NCBI GenBank assembly: GCA_020137815.1
Contig: CM035350.1
Location: 5,270,001-5,334,000 of the forward strand
Source: Hormiphora californensis
Taxonomy: Eukaryota > Animalia > Ctenophora
Direction of reading: 5' to 3'
Length of the DNA: 64,000 bases
The notes beneath the pieces were generated by a model. It worked only from the letters and a program-made list of their open reading frames with translations, ran no database searches and was not told the origin of the DNA. This document shows, piece after piece, positions 23,701 through 34,400 of the stretch (position 1 is its first letter; the number at the start of each line of letters is the position of its first letter). Position numbers and translations under genes: made by a program.

Positions 23701-24327
23701 TCCTCCCCCAGCATCAAGTTTCTACCGGAAAATATTGGCCAGCTGAAAAACCTGAAAGAAGCCTGGCTAAATGATAACCACATTCGACAGATCCCCGAGT
23801 CACTCTTCGAGTTGGTGAACCTCAAAGTCCTCTGGCTCAGTCGTAAGTTGTTACGATTTCGTAGTTAAATTTCTATAGAACTTCCAAACTGAAACACTAC
23901 CCAGTACCTACTTATACCTTTTTACTCTGCCTCAGATAATCAGCTGACAAACTTGGATAAGAGGGTTGGTTATCTCTCTAACCTAACGGACCTGTCCGTC
24001 AGCAGAAATCGTCTCACAACTATACCTCCACAACTGGCCAACTGTTCCAATCTCAGGTATGCAGCAGTAGCTTAATCTTTCTAAAAATCAGCATATTTTC
24101 ATTGGAAGTGTGAAAAATAAACTAATCAATTCTATTCAGTTTCAAATCCTTGCTCATTTTAAATCCATTGTTTCAGAGTTCTGCAGCTGAACGAGAATAA
24201 GCTGGTAGCCCTTCCCAAGAGTCTATCCGGTCTTCACAGTCTGGAGGAACTATGGCTCAATGGAAATGCCGTCAAGGAAATTCCGGAGGGCCTTTACATG
24301 CTTAGCAACATGAAGAAACCGGTGTGA
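20780..24327 (+). CDS. Leucine-rich repeat protein with N-myristoylation signal and a long acidic insert; about 9 exons
   Basis: MGNAAS start; exons at about 20780-20977, 21144-21312, 21423-22071, 22150-22307, 22630-22919, 23090-23493, 23712-23842, 23936-24056 and 24177-24327; repeated LxxLxLxxNxLxxLP motifs. Confidence 0.8.
22366..22590. mobile_element. MITE (CTGTAAAAC termini, TA TSD) in an LRR intron
   Basis: TA|CTGTAAAACCATATATTTTCG ... CGAAAATATCTAGTTTTACAG|TA with an internal palindrome. Confidence 0.8.
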
Positions 24328-24984
24328 GATAAACTTTGTTTTAGAGAGTGAGATCAGATCCAATGTGAATTGTGTGCTGTAGGAATTGTATTGATTGCCA
24401 AAATGTTTTCTTCCCAGATTTGTAAAACAGTCTGTTTGCATTTCTACATTTTGATACACTGACGGGATCCAGATATAATACACTGTAAAATGTATGGCAA
24501 TATGGCAACACTAACTCGATTACTGTTTGCTAGAAAAGGGCGCTCAAAATAAACGATATTACCGTAAGGTTATCCAGTCAGTACTGGCAACTAGCCCGTA
24601 TTGGTTGCCAATTGGCCTAGTCTTCAGTTGTGTGATGTTGTCGTCATCTCGTGAAAACGTGGGTTGTTTGTGCGCGTCAAGTATTTGCGCGTCACTAAAG
24701 ACGCGCATGAAATATAATTCACGTAATATATATAAAATATTTTCACTCAGCTCGCGTTCTTGGTGAGCCACAACAAACACGTGGTTTGCAGTTTCAGGTT
24801 TGAGCCTTGTCTGAACCATCATTTATTGTACTGGTGTGCCTAGTAAAGGGAGGGGCGTGGCCAGAATAAGCTAATTCAAATCTTACAGAACATGAACCAA
24901 AGCAATGAACTTAAAATGATATGAAAGTCACCCCTTCGATTTCAAACTTTTCAACACTACTTTAAACAAATTAATTTGAGGTTT

Positions 24985-26566
24985 ATGGAACCGCCCCTCA
25001 TGGGCAGTCCGACGCTAATGGACGGGGTAGCCGCTTCTTCCTCCCATGTCCCTGATCCCACACACCAACTCCAACAAGCGCTGATCAACGAGAACCTTCT
25101 TCACCTGTTGGACGAGGATTCTGAACTTCCTCCGAGAAACCCAGACCGAAAATCATTGTGGGCACTGCTAAAACAGTCATACCAGGCGGTATGTGCACTT
25201 ACTGATGCTCTAGCTCTCAACACTCGCCAAACTCCTTCGTCCAATGAAAATGACCCTCTCGATAATCTCAATGTTATAGAAGACATGAACAATCACCTAG
25301 AAAAATTCAAGGAAGATATACTATCTGCAGTAACCGACAGAATTACTGCTGCGATGAAACCTCTGAACCAGGCACCCCCATAAAAAAGTCGCTTGGCAAA
25401 TTCCCTCGTCGCTCGGCAATTGGTTCGGCAACAACAGGTGGTTTGCCGAGCCAGTCGCTCGGCTAATCAAGGAAGTCGCCGTGTTTTCACCGCGTTCTTA
25501 CAGAAAAAGTACATTTTTTCAGCACTTTTTTTCAAAATCTCCTGCTGAAAAATACAAAGAGCTGAAAAAATGTGCTTTTTCTGTAAGAACGCGGTGAAAT
25601 CACGGAGACTTCCTTGATTAGCCGAGCGACTGGCTCGGCAAACCACCTGTTGTTGCCGAACCAATTGCCGAGCGACGAGGGAATTTGCCAAGCGACTTTT
25701 TTATGGGGGCAGCGCCATATGCTCATGCTACTGCTGCTGCTGCTGCAACCCTTACGCCAGTCCGCACTCCTACCCTACCACCTAAACCGTCTTTCAGTGA
25801 TATTCCCAAACCAGCACTTCCGTGGCGAAAAATCTACATTGACTGTGAAGAGATTGATATCGACGAGGTCCAGAAGTTAAGTGAAAATGCTCTCTCCAAG
25901 ACGAAAGTGTCAAGAATGGACAAAAAGAAAAACTTGGTCATCGTGACCGTACCAGAGAGTGAGGGTCAGAAAGCAGCTGACGCCCTTAGCACAGGTCTAC
26001 GTACCAAGACAGTAAGAGTGAGATCAGATCCAACAAGCAAACTCACGGTCCTAAATTTTCCCATCTCTGATTCCATTAATCAAGAAGACGATAGACGAAA
26101 ACGAAGTGAAATCATCATAGAAGTCCTACAGGAGAAGAATCCGGAACTACAGGGCATTGCTGTGGATGTTGTGTCTTACAGAAAAAACTATCGGAATCCT
26201 GAACTCGCTACCATCGGTCTACGCCTACCCACTCAAACAAAGAGACAACTCCTTCGCCAGAGGGTAGTCTTCGTTGGATACACTGCGTGTAACGTTGTCG
26301 ACAGAGTACACGTGTTACAGTGCTACAATTGTCAAGGATTCCATCACTCAGCAGCAGGCTGTGATCGAGACTCAGTGTGTGCACACTGCTCAAAAAACCA
26401 CGAATCAAAGGACTGTCCAGAAAAATCGAACACAGACTTTATTCCTTCATGTGTAAACTGTTCCCTGAATGGAAAGTCAAAGGACGATGTCTCCCACCGG
26501 GCAAACAGCACTGAGTGTCCGGCATACAAAGCTATATATGAAGCTACAAGGTCAAAAAACGAGTAG
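24985..26566 (+). pseudogene. LINE ORF1 (gag-like, three CCHC knuckles) interrupted by a MITE
   Basis: ORFs 24976-25383 and 25685-26566 fuse in frame (...PLNQA-APYAH...) once 25375-25709 and one CA are removed; motifs CYNCQGFHHSAAGC, CAHCSKNHESKDC and CVNC..H..C. Confidence 0.85.
25375..25709. mobile_element. 335-bp foldback MITE, EnSpm/CACTA(CMC)-like (CCC termini, 2-bp TSD)
   Basis: CA|CCCCCATAAAAAAGTCGCTTGGCAAATTCCC ... GGGAATTTGCCAAGCGACTTTTTTATGGGGG|CA; arms about 145 bp. Confidence 0.85.
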
Positions 26567-26574
26567 AGGTAAAG

Positions 26575-29478
26575 TTGGCCACTCTGAACTGTTTTTCTCT
26601 GAGAAACAAGGTTGATGATATTTTACTGACTATCATAGACAATGATATTGATGCTGTTTGTCTGACCGAAACTTGGTTACATGCTATTGAGAGTGCTATT
26701 GAGAGTCAAATTAGTGAGCTTGGGTATAGGTTAGTTAGTGTTGCACGTGGTTCTAGAGGGGGTGGTGTAGCTATTCTCATGAAAAACTCCTTTCATTTCA
26801 CTCAGTTCAATCACTCTTTCTCATCAATGGAATGTATTGAATTATTGCTGACTCATTCAAACTGCATGCCGCTTCGATTACTTGGTGTATACCGCTCCCC
26901 ATCCCAATCCCATTCGGTTTTCTTGGAGGAGTTCGAGACACTACTTCATGGTCTGGCTGAAAGGTCGGGAGAGGTCGTCATAACTGGTGATTTCAACATA
27001 CATGTACAGAACATACATGATAGTTTTGCCAAATCCTTCTGTGGACTCCTTGATGATCACTACTTTCACCAGTCGGTAAACACCGCCACTCATGTCTCAG
27101 GTGGAATACTCGATCTAGTTCTCACGAAGAATCTCCCTGATGCTCTTCCAATATTAAATCTTGCTGTAGAGATGACTCCTGCAGCTCCTGACCACGCACT
27201 GGTTTCGTTTAACCTTCCAATCGGGGCTCCAATTCAGCGGAAGGACTTCATCTCCATTCAACGACGGGATATCAAGAATTTGGATGTGGATGAACTTCGA
27301 TGCACCATACTGAAATCCCCACTCTGCGACACAGAAGAATTCCCTAGTGAACTGGTTGAGATCATTAAACTGTATGATGACCTTCTGTCCGAGTTTTTGG
27401 ACGAACTTGCCCCGATTGAGAATAAGGTTGTTCCAGAAAATCCTAGCCCTCCCTGGTTTAATAGTGACTGTCAGGCGGCAAAACGGCGACGCAGGAAAGC
27501 CGAGCGTGATTTCAAGGCGTTACTGAAGAGAGATGTTCCCTCGCATATACTGGTTGAATCTCTGAGGAATCTCAGACGGGAGGCGAAAGAGGCATCACGG
27601 TTCATCACTTCAACCAGAGACGACTACTATCGGAGGAAACTGGAAGAGGCTGGGAATGACCAATCGGTAATATATCGAATTACGAATGGATTACTTGGCA
27701 AGGAGAAGAATCCGAGCACACTACCGGAACATGATGACCCAGTTGATCTCTGTCAAAAATTCATTCAGTATTTCAAGGAAAAAGTGGACAAAATCTATTT
27801 GGACATCAAGAAACTACGGACAGAAGACGTCACCAGAGGACCCGAAACTCCCAGCCCACCACAACTCGATTCCTTTCGTGCATTATCTAGTGAGGAGCTA
27901 GTTAAAATTGTTCGATCAATGAACTACAAACAATGTGACCTTGACCCTCTACCATCAAAACTGGTCGGAGAATGCATCCACGAACTGATGCCGATAATAT
28001 TGGCTATTGTCAACGGTAGCCTTACTAGTGGAGTGTTTCCCTCTACATTGAAAAAGGCCATGATACGACCGGTTTACAAAGGGAAAGGACTCGACTCGAA
28101 CAGCATGTCAAGTTATCGACCGATTTCTAATCTGAGTTTTATCTCAAAGATTATTGAAAAGTGCGTTGCTCTACAGATTACAGAACATCTGGAAAGCCAT
28201 GGACTTCTTGCCTCAGTTCAATCGGCATACAGACAGAAGCACTCCTGTGAAACAGCAACACTACGTATATTCAATGATCTCCTAGTTCTCACTGATAAAC
28301 GGAATAAGGCCGTTCTTCTCCTCTTGGATCTATCCGCTGCTTTCGACACAGTCCCTCACAACATTCTCATTAGCCGATTGGACAAGATGTATGGAATCAA
28401 AGGGGTGGCTCTCGAGTGGTTCCAGTCATATCTGAAAGACCGGGTAGCAGTTGTCAAAATTGGCAAAAGTCAATCACTTCCTGTTAACATCGAAATAGGT
28501 GTACCGCAGGGATCCATCCTCGGTCCGTTACTTTTTATTCTGTTCACTAAGGACTTGGAAGCTATAGCGGCACGACACAAAACCAAGATTCACCTCTACG
28601 CTGACGATTCTCAGCTATATGTCAGCTTCACAAACGATGCCTGGAACGAATGTGAGTCTCAACTCAAAAAATGTTTCTTGGAAATTAAAGCATGGATGGC
28701 ATCCAGTTACCTGAAACTAAACCCGGCAAAAACTGAGTTGATGTTCATTTCCTCTCGAACTGATAATAGTCCAAACCCACTGGATTATTCAGATCCTCTA
28801 ACATTGTGTGATGAGGAAGGACCCCTCTCGGCGACCATCTTTCCCTCCCAGAGTGCCAAGAATCTGGGTGTTGTCTTTGATGAAAAACTTACCATGAAAG
28901 AACATGTTTCAAAAGTTGTGAAGGAATGTAACTATAACCTTGTCAACCTCCGTAGAATTGGAAACAAGCTACAGAGAAGACACAAGGTTCAGCTGGTCCA
29001 TTCGCTCATCCACTCTCGTCTGGACTACTGTAACGGCTTACTAATTGGTGCCGATAAATGTGACATTGCGAGATTGCAAAAAGTGCAGAACGCAGCGACT
29101 CGCTTTGTGTTTGGAAGGTGGCAGTGGAGGGGAGTTACAGACCTCAGGCGGCAATTACACTTTCTTCCAGTTGATGCTAGAATTGAATTTAAAATCTGTC
29201 TCATGGTTTTCAAGTGTCTAAACAATCAAGCACCACAATATCTTCAAAATCTAATAAACAAACGTCAGAGGAAAGGAAAATCACTACGTCACGACGGTGA
29301 TCTGACCCTTTTGGAAAGGGATTTTTCAACCAAGTACAAAACCACACAGCGTGCATTTCAAGTTTCAGGCCCGAGGATCTGGAATCAACTTCCCATTGAC
29401 ATTCGCAACTGTTCAGACGAGGAAACTTTCAAATCCAGACTCAAAACCCACCTGTTTGAAAAGTCGTATGGTGATTAG
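26575..29478 (+). CDS. LINE ORF2 (apurinic-like endonuclease plus reverse transcriptase), intact
   Basis: CLTETW, GGGVA, GDFN, LDLV and DH (endonuclease); YRPISNL, LDLSAAFDTV, GVPQGSILGP and YADD (RT); L2-type LHFLPV..RIEFK C-terminus. Confidence 0.95.
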   Translation: MATLNCFSLRNKVDDILLTIIDNDIDAVCLTETWLHAIESAIESQISELGYRLVSVARGSRGGGVAILMKNSFHFTQFNHSFSSMECIELLLTHSNCMPLRLLGVYRSPSQSHSVFLEEFETLLHGLAERSGEVVITGDFNIHVQNIHDSFAKSFCGLLDDHYFHQSVNTATHVSGGILDLVLTKNLPDALPILNLAVEMTPAAPDHALVSFNLPIGAPIQRKDFISIQRRDIKNLDVDELRCTILKSPLCDTEEFPSELVEIIKLYDDLLSEFLDELAPIENKVVPENPSPPWFNSDCQAAKRRRRKAERDFKALLKRDVPSHILVESLRNLRREAKEASRFITSTRDDYYRRKLEEAGNDQSVIYRITNGLLGKEKNPSTLPEHDDPVDLCQKFIQYFKEKVDKIYLDIKKLRTEDVTRGPETPSPPQLDSFRALSSEELVKIVRSMNYKQCDLDPLPSKLVGECIHELMPIILAIVNGSLTSGVFPSTLKKAMIRPVYKGKGLDSNSMSSYRPISNLSFISKIIEKCVALQITEHLESHGLLASVQSAYRQKHSCETATLRIFNDLLVLTDKRNKAVLLLLDLSAAFDTVPHNILISRLDKMYGIKGVALEWFQSYLKDRVAVVKIGKSQSLPVNIEIGVPQGSILGPLLFILFTKDLEAIAARHKTKIHLYADDSQLYVSFTNDAWNECESQLKKCFLEIKAWMASSYLKLNPAKTELMFISSRTDNSPNPLDYSDPLTLCDEEGPLSATIFPSQSAKNLGVVFDEKLTMKEHVSKVVKECNYNLVNLRRIGNKLQRRHKVQLVHSLIHSRLDYCNGLLIGADKCDIARLQKVQNAATRFVFGRWQWRGVTDLRRQLHFLPVDARIEFKICLMVFKCLNNQAPQYLQNLINKRQRKGKSLRHDGDLTLLERDFSTKYKTTQRAFQVSGPRIWNQLPIDIRNCSDEETFKSRLKTHLFEKSYGD

Positions 29479-29885
29479 GATGGACTGTCCCATTAATTTA
29501 TGTGTACATCTATACGTCTGCTGCATGCATTGAGCTTCAGAATTATGGAGCAGTGATTCGCTCCACTCTTTTATTTCGTGATTAATCTCTTTTCTATGTA
29601 ACTTATTACATTGATTTAACATATATTTTCATACATATAATTATTTCTTACTTAATCAAAAACATTAATTTATTATCTAATTATTATCATCATATCTGGG
29701 CTATTAATATCACTCATATCATCTTTCTTTTCCACTTTGGGTTCACCGCTTTAGAAGGCTGGTAGGAGTGCTCTGGCGCTCATCGAGTAACTTTGTATGA
29801 CGTTTATCACTCTTACTATTATTAGTCAAAAAGCGGGATGTTAAATGTACATTTTGATTGATTGATTGATTTTTTGCAAGATTAC

Positions 29886-31387
29886 ATGCAGAGTGTCTTT
29901 TTCTGTCATAAATGTTCCCTCGATTTTTCCTCGGTGACATCATACATTAAGCATCGAAAGCACTTTTGTGAGCTTGGAAGAGAGGGTGGAGAAAATTATG
30001 AACCTCCAGAAGACGGGATCGGAAAGGTAAAAAGTAAAACATCAAGTCGTTATTATTTGGCATCTGCGATAAACTTTTGTGTTGATAATGCTATGACTGA
30101 GGTTATAACTGGAATATGTTTGACTCATAAAAACTTTTTTTGTTAGCTCACCTTGCAAGAGGCGAGTGAGAGGGTAAAAAGAGCTCTGGAGTCTCGGATT
30201 GAGGAGGTAGATCCTGAGGTGTTTCAAAAGGTTGAACTGATCCAGGCATTCAAGAGGTCACGAAGGGAACTGAGTAGGAGGGTTTATGAGGAGAGAGGAA
30301 AGGTTTTAGAGGAGATATCCCTGCTGAAAAGAGAACGTGCAAGATTGGAGGGGCATCTGAGGGAGGGTAGTGAACGCGTTAACAATGAGGCTGCTTATCT
30401 TGCAATAATGCCATCCAACACAAAACAAACCTCAGTACGTCATTGTAGTTTCGGCCGGGGAACACAGCACAGCTTCATTTCTTGCATGCAGGGATCGTAT
30501 AATAACACTCGTGTTTCTACATCACATCTCTTTCTCACCAGGGCATCATTGAAAAGAGGAGTGAGTTGGACAACCTACAACGTGGAATCCTTCATTTGGA
30601 TTGTAGAATCGAAGAATGTGTTGGACAGCTACAGATGGTTAGTTAGACATAATGTTTCGTAAACAGTACATCACCAGTCACAAACTAATATTGTTGTGCC
30701 TACATCGGAATAACATTACATGTTTTAGCGTCACAAATTAAATCTAACTCATAATTCACTACCCCTCTCAGATTGAGCAAGGACAGTTTTCTGATGCCCG
30801 TCTGGTAGGAAGTGCTCCAGCAGGAATTAATCTTCTTACTGAGTTCTCAACCCCTACACACAGCTGCACACCCGGGGTCGAAGTTGAGGACGATGTTTTT
30901 AGGGAACACCCTGTGCAAAGCATTGTTCTTGGATCTGCAAAGACTCCCCTCGAAGCAATATCCCAGGTATTATAGAGAGGGAGAGGGGAGAGTGAGATAC
31001 TGAGAGAGCCTCTCTTTTGACCTTTGTCATGTAGGACTAATTGATCAAAGCAACGTCTGTTGTGCTTCTCGGTGTACACAGATGAATTTGAGAGGGCCCT
31101 ATGCCAAGGTGATGGAGAGAAAGAAAGATTCGAGATAGGATTATTTCACGCCAAGTCATAAGCATTACTTCCCATGATACCTGGATTATATGTTGCCATG
31201 GACACCACGTGTTATCATTTTGTCTTCCTATCCGGCCACCCCCTATAACATACACGCATGCAGTATATTAGTAGCCAAGAGCTCTGCTCTACTACAGTCT
31301 ATGATCTTTCTCTCTTTTCTCTCTCTTTCTCTCCCCTCTCCCCTCTGATCTCTCTCCCTCTCTCTCATCTATATCTCTCTCTCTCTA

Positions 31388-31423
<36 letters not shown>

Positions 31424-34400
31424 TCTTTCTCTGATCTCTCTCTCTCCCTCTCTCTCTCTCACTCTCTCTCTCTCTCCCTCTCTCTCCAAAATTAATGATC
31501 AGATTGAAGCACGTCAAAAGATAATTATTTGATGAAATTCTGTTTATTTCAGGCGCACCATCTTCCCAGCACTGCTACTGGTTCTGTTGTTGTTTTGGAG
31601 CAGCTCCGCCGAAAAAGGGACATCATCCTTTTACAACGTGAGGTTTGTTTTTGTTGTTTCCATTTCTTCTGCCTACACATAACTGATATTATCATCATGT
31701 AAGTTTAATCAACTTTCAAAACACAATTTAGATTTTATACTGACAGTGACACAATTTTCATTTTTATATTAGGCTGTCCAGTATTGATTGTCGTTAGGCT
31801 TTTATCGAAAAATGGTTTGAGATAGAGCAAAATGGACTTCACCACCGTTTTTCTAATGCGATTTTAAATCGGAATATGATGCCTGATACTGGTATTTGGT
31901 TGTTCTCGGTTCCCAACAGGCTATTTGCTCTACGCCACTCTTTTTGCTGCTGCACGGGGTTACCAATGTTTTTTAAACGCTGGTAGAAGAAAATTGGTAC
32001 GGTTTCTTCAGCTCCCGTAGTGCTCAATCGATAGACAATCGTCTAAGGATGAGCTATGTATGCGATTTGGGTCTCTAAGTGTTCACTTATAACCTCTAGA
32101 ACAGTAAATGTATCATGAAAAAGCGAAAAAGTGCATACAAAAACTGGCCCGTTTTCGAAAACGTCAATTAGTCACTTTAAAAGTCAACCAATCACATAAT
32201 TGGCTTCACTACGTCTTAGAACTTACTTAGAACTATCTTTTACTGCAGAGTTTTTTATTACAAGTCAATCCTGATGAGACCCGGATGTAAAAGTTTCTAA
32301 TTTTTACCAAAACTTTTTGGAGGCACATTGCTCAGTGACAAAATAAAGATAGGATATTTTATTACATCTCAAACGATAGATAATTGTCCAATGAACAAGC
32401 TTGATGCAACAAAACATCACTCAGGTACCATTTTTAAGAAGTACAGCAGTTTTGGTGCTAAAACTCGAAAATCGCGATTTTTCATATGCAGCGTCAACAA
32501 GAGTGGGGTAGAGAAAATAGCCTGGTGGGAACCAAGAACAACCACATACCGATACCGGGCATCTTATTCCGATCCAAAATCGCATTAGAAAAACGGTGGT
32601 GAAGTCCATTTTGCTCTATCTCAAACCATTGTCTCATAAAAGCCCAACGACAATCAATACTGGACAGCCTAATATTATCTAACAGCAGTAACAACTCAGC
32701 TTATATTATTTGAAATAGCAACATTTTTTAAATTTAATATTGTTTACTTAGTTGCTAAAAGTTCGTAATAAGTCCTTTCCTGGACCGGGTGGGAAAATGA
32801 AGTGACAAGGTAGACACTACTACAATTATACTCCCTCTGTCACTGTAAAAGTCCTGTTGAGTCGAACAGTATTACTCGAAGGATCACGTGTTGAAACATT
32901 AGTTGAAAAGTGAGTTAAAGTATGTAGAGTAGAGGAGCGAGCTTGTGTCTGTCTTCTACACAGGATGGTGCAACATAGTCCCATCATCTTCCTTCGTAGT
33001 ATAACCAGCGGGTTTATAGTGGCATTAGTCACAATAAGAATCATCCAAATAACAAACTTATAATATCCACTAACCACAACATGCTCATCATCCACATTGT
33101 CACCCTTAGCAATTGTCTTAAGGTACATGACAAACAACACCAGGCAACTTATGTTGGTAATGAGGAATACGATACCAAGTAAAAATATTGTGATGGCTGC
33201 ATTCCGGCGGTTTTGATTTGTTCCTGACGAGACGGCTGATTTTCGGTGAAGCAGGGTACCTGTCCAACCTGTAATCACGAGGTTAACCATGATAATTCCA
33301 CTCGTCCATCCGAAATATGTCCAGAGATTCCTCACTAAATTCGTATTTTGATCGGCGGTGCCCTGGAAATGGCATAAGAAAATTTGCAAGGTAAGGCTAA
33401 CACCAAGAATTGCTGTGGAAACTGTCCAGAATAGCCGTTTATTGATTTGGTAAAAGGGTCGGGACATGGCTATAAGTCGAGCACCACCCATTATACAAGT
33501 CCAAAGTGCGGATGCCTGGTTTGCGAAGGCGAAGTACATGACTAGAATTATTAAGTCCGGCAGGTTATTGACCAACCGACATTGGGAGAGAATTGTAATA
33601 ACACAAACGCTGAGATCGATGAAGTTTAAAACAATGTAGAGTTGCCTCGGGAATCCCTTCCTTCTGAAGTTGTACCATAGCGAACAGGCGTTGCCTAGGA
33701 TACCCGCCAGTCCTATAGCGATCAAAGATATCCCTAATATAATCGCCCTTATTATTAATGACATTTCTAGTTGAGATATAATGGGGTGTTACTAACCACA
33801 AACCTTGAAAATGTCGGATATATAAAAAAAGCGGAGAATAGAAATATCAAAGAGAGATATAATGCTAAATAAATATTGTTTCGGTTTGGTGACGCGGTCA
33901 CCCCTACACTAGGGCCGCGCGAAGCGCGGCAAACGAAGCCGGCGAAGCCGGGGATGTCATCACCAATGTTTCGGTCCAAACAGTTTCTATAGAGTGTTCA
34001 AGTCCGAAACTTTCGGACTTGAACACTCTACAGAAACTGTTAAATTTAAAACAATAATATATCGTTTAACTGGTTCCGGGGGCGTGTGTTTCCGTCCTAT
34101 TTCCCTTATATCTCCCCTCTCCCTCTCCACCTCTTTCCCTCTCCCTCTGCCTCTCAGCTCAAGTTGGCTATTTTGAAAAAAACACGTGTACGATTATCTT
34201 TCTAAGATAATATAATCGGCATTCGGCAATATCGTTTGCGGACGTTGCTACCCCTACACTTGCAAACAAAAGTGGTTAATATGGCGTCACAATCAGCAAC
34301 ACGTGTGCAGTACTACGTGCTAAAATTGGCTAATATTATATATTAACATGTACTACAACTGTTTACTGTGAACATGGGACTTGTCACCCAAAATATGTGT

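Larger units (their letters stand above)
24900..29824 (+). mobile_element. Near full-length non-LTR retrotransposon (L2/CR1 group); 5' boundary approximate
   Basis: ORF1 with CCHC knuckles, ORF2 with APE endonuclease and RT, 3' UTR ending in a short (TTA)-like tail at about 29812-29824. Confidence 0.9.

Noticed and set aside
24327-29886. LRR gene continuing across the LINE into the zinc-finger exon
   Set aside because: The candidate donors near 24321-24323 do not match the phase of the acceptor at 29880, so they are treated as two genes.
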